A stretch of DNA of 64,000 nt from NCBI RefSeq assembly GCF_964204645.1, contig NC_134029.1, forward strand, positions 14,286,850 to 14,350,849. The letters run 5' to 3'. The translations under genes and the position numbers were made by a program. Within the stretch, counting starts at the first letter, position 1. Each line of letters opens with the position of its first letter. This stretch comes from Tubulanus polymorphus (lineage: Eukaryota > Animalia > Nemertea). The notes beneath the pieces were generated by a model. It was not told the DNA's origin. It did no database searches and worked only from the letters and a program-made list of their open reading frames with translations. Below, piece by piece: positions 63,729-64,000 of the stretch.

Positions 63729-64000
63729 TTAAAATTTAAAATATAATATTCCTCCGATTACAATTCCTATACAAGTTATAGCTAATTTAGTATTTTCATG
63801 TGATTTATTATCATCATTTAGTTTAATTATATCATGTTGAATTTTATCAGTTCTATTATTTTCTGATGTATTGTAATCTTTTATTTTAGAATCATTAACC
63901 AATTTAATATTCTTAGTTTTAGTTTCTGTTGATTGAATGTGTTTTTTATTTTTTTCACCTTCCATTAATTTTGGAGCAGTAATAATCTTTTTATTTATAT
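63729..64000 (-). CDS. C-terminus of the TM-anchored conserved Maverick protein (continues beyond window)
   Basis: Near-identical to the end of 40920-41927. Confidence 0.8.
   Translation of the reverse strand, partial: INKKIITAPKLMEGEKNKKHIQSTETKTKNIKLVNDSKIKDYNTSENNRTDKIQHDIIKLNDDNKSHENTKLAITCIGIVIGGILYFKF

Larger units (their letters stand above)
53782..64000 (-). mobile_element. Second Maverick/Polinton (copy 2), partial; structural module on the minus strand
   Basis: Terminus AGTAATAGGGATAATGGGCTTTC; intact INT, ATPase and MCP closely related to copy 1. Confidence 0.93.

Overview
Repeat-dense eukaryotic DNA, probably from a marine invertebrate (inferred from the TE repertoire, spliceosomal exons and CTCF/YY1-like motifs). 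1-32.7 kb is a graveyard of decayed elements: non-autonomous Helentron/HINE-like repeats, a 2,418-bp tandem duplication, Harbinger MITEs, a DIRS/Ngaro retrotransposon with a nested CR1/L2-type LINE, and Gypsy, Penelope and L1-like fragments, plus a few host-gene exons. 32,786-49,633 is a complete but pseudogenised, very AT-rich Maverick/Polinton (adintovirus-like) element with TIRs and a 5-bp TSD (GCAGT). It carries pPolB, minor and major capsid, membrane proteins, HNH, integrase and packaging ATPase. A second, better-preserved relative starts at 53,782 inside an OTU-bearing Helitron and runs off the window. The most unusual signals are all in these Mavericks. (i) Each terminus is itself a 270-400-nt fold-back with a compensatory change and strand-specific G.T wobbles, resembling a self-priming 3' hairpin. 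(ii) Nearly every ORF is preceded by one of two TAAATG promoter-like motifs resembling poxvirus intermediate and late promoters. (iii) An identical GC-rich palindromic 22-mer is inserted in-frame in different genes of the two copies. (iv) The INT/ATPase module is inverted between the copies, and copy 1 has an in-frame capsid-HNH fusion. All calls are by-eye motif recognition; no searches were run.
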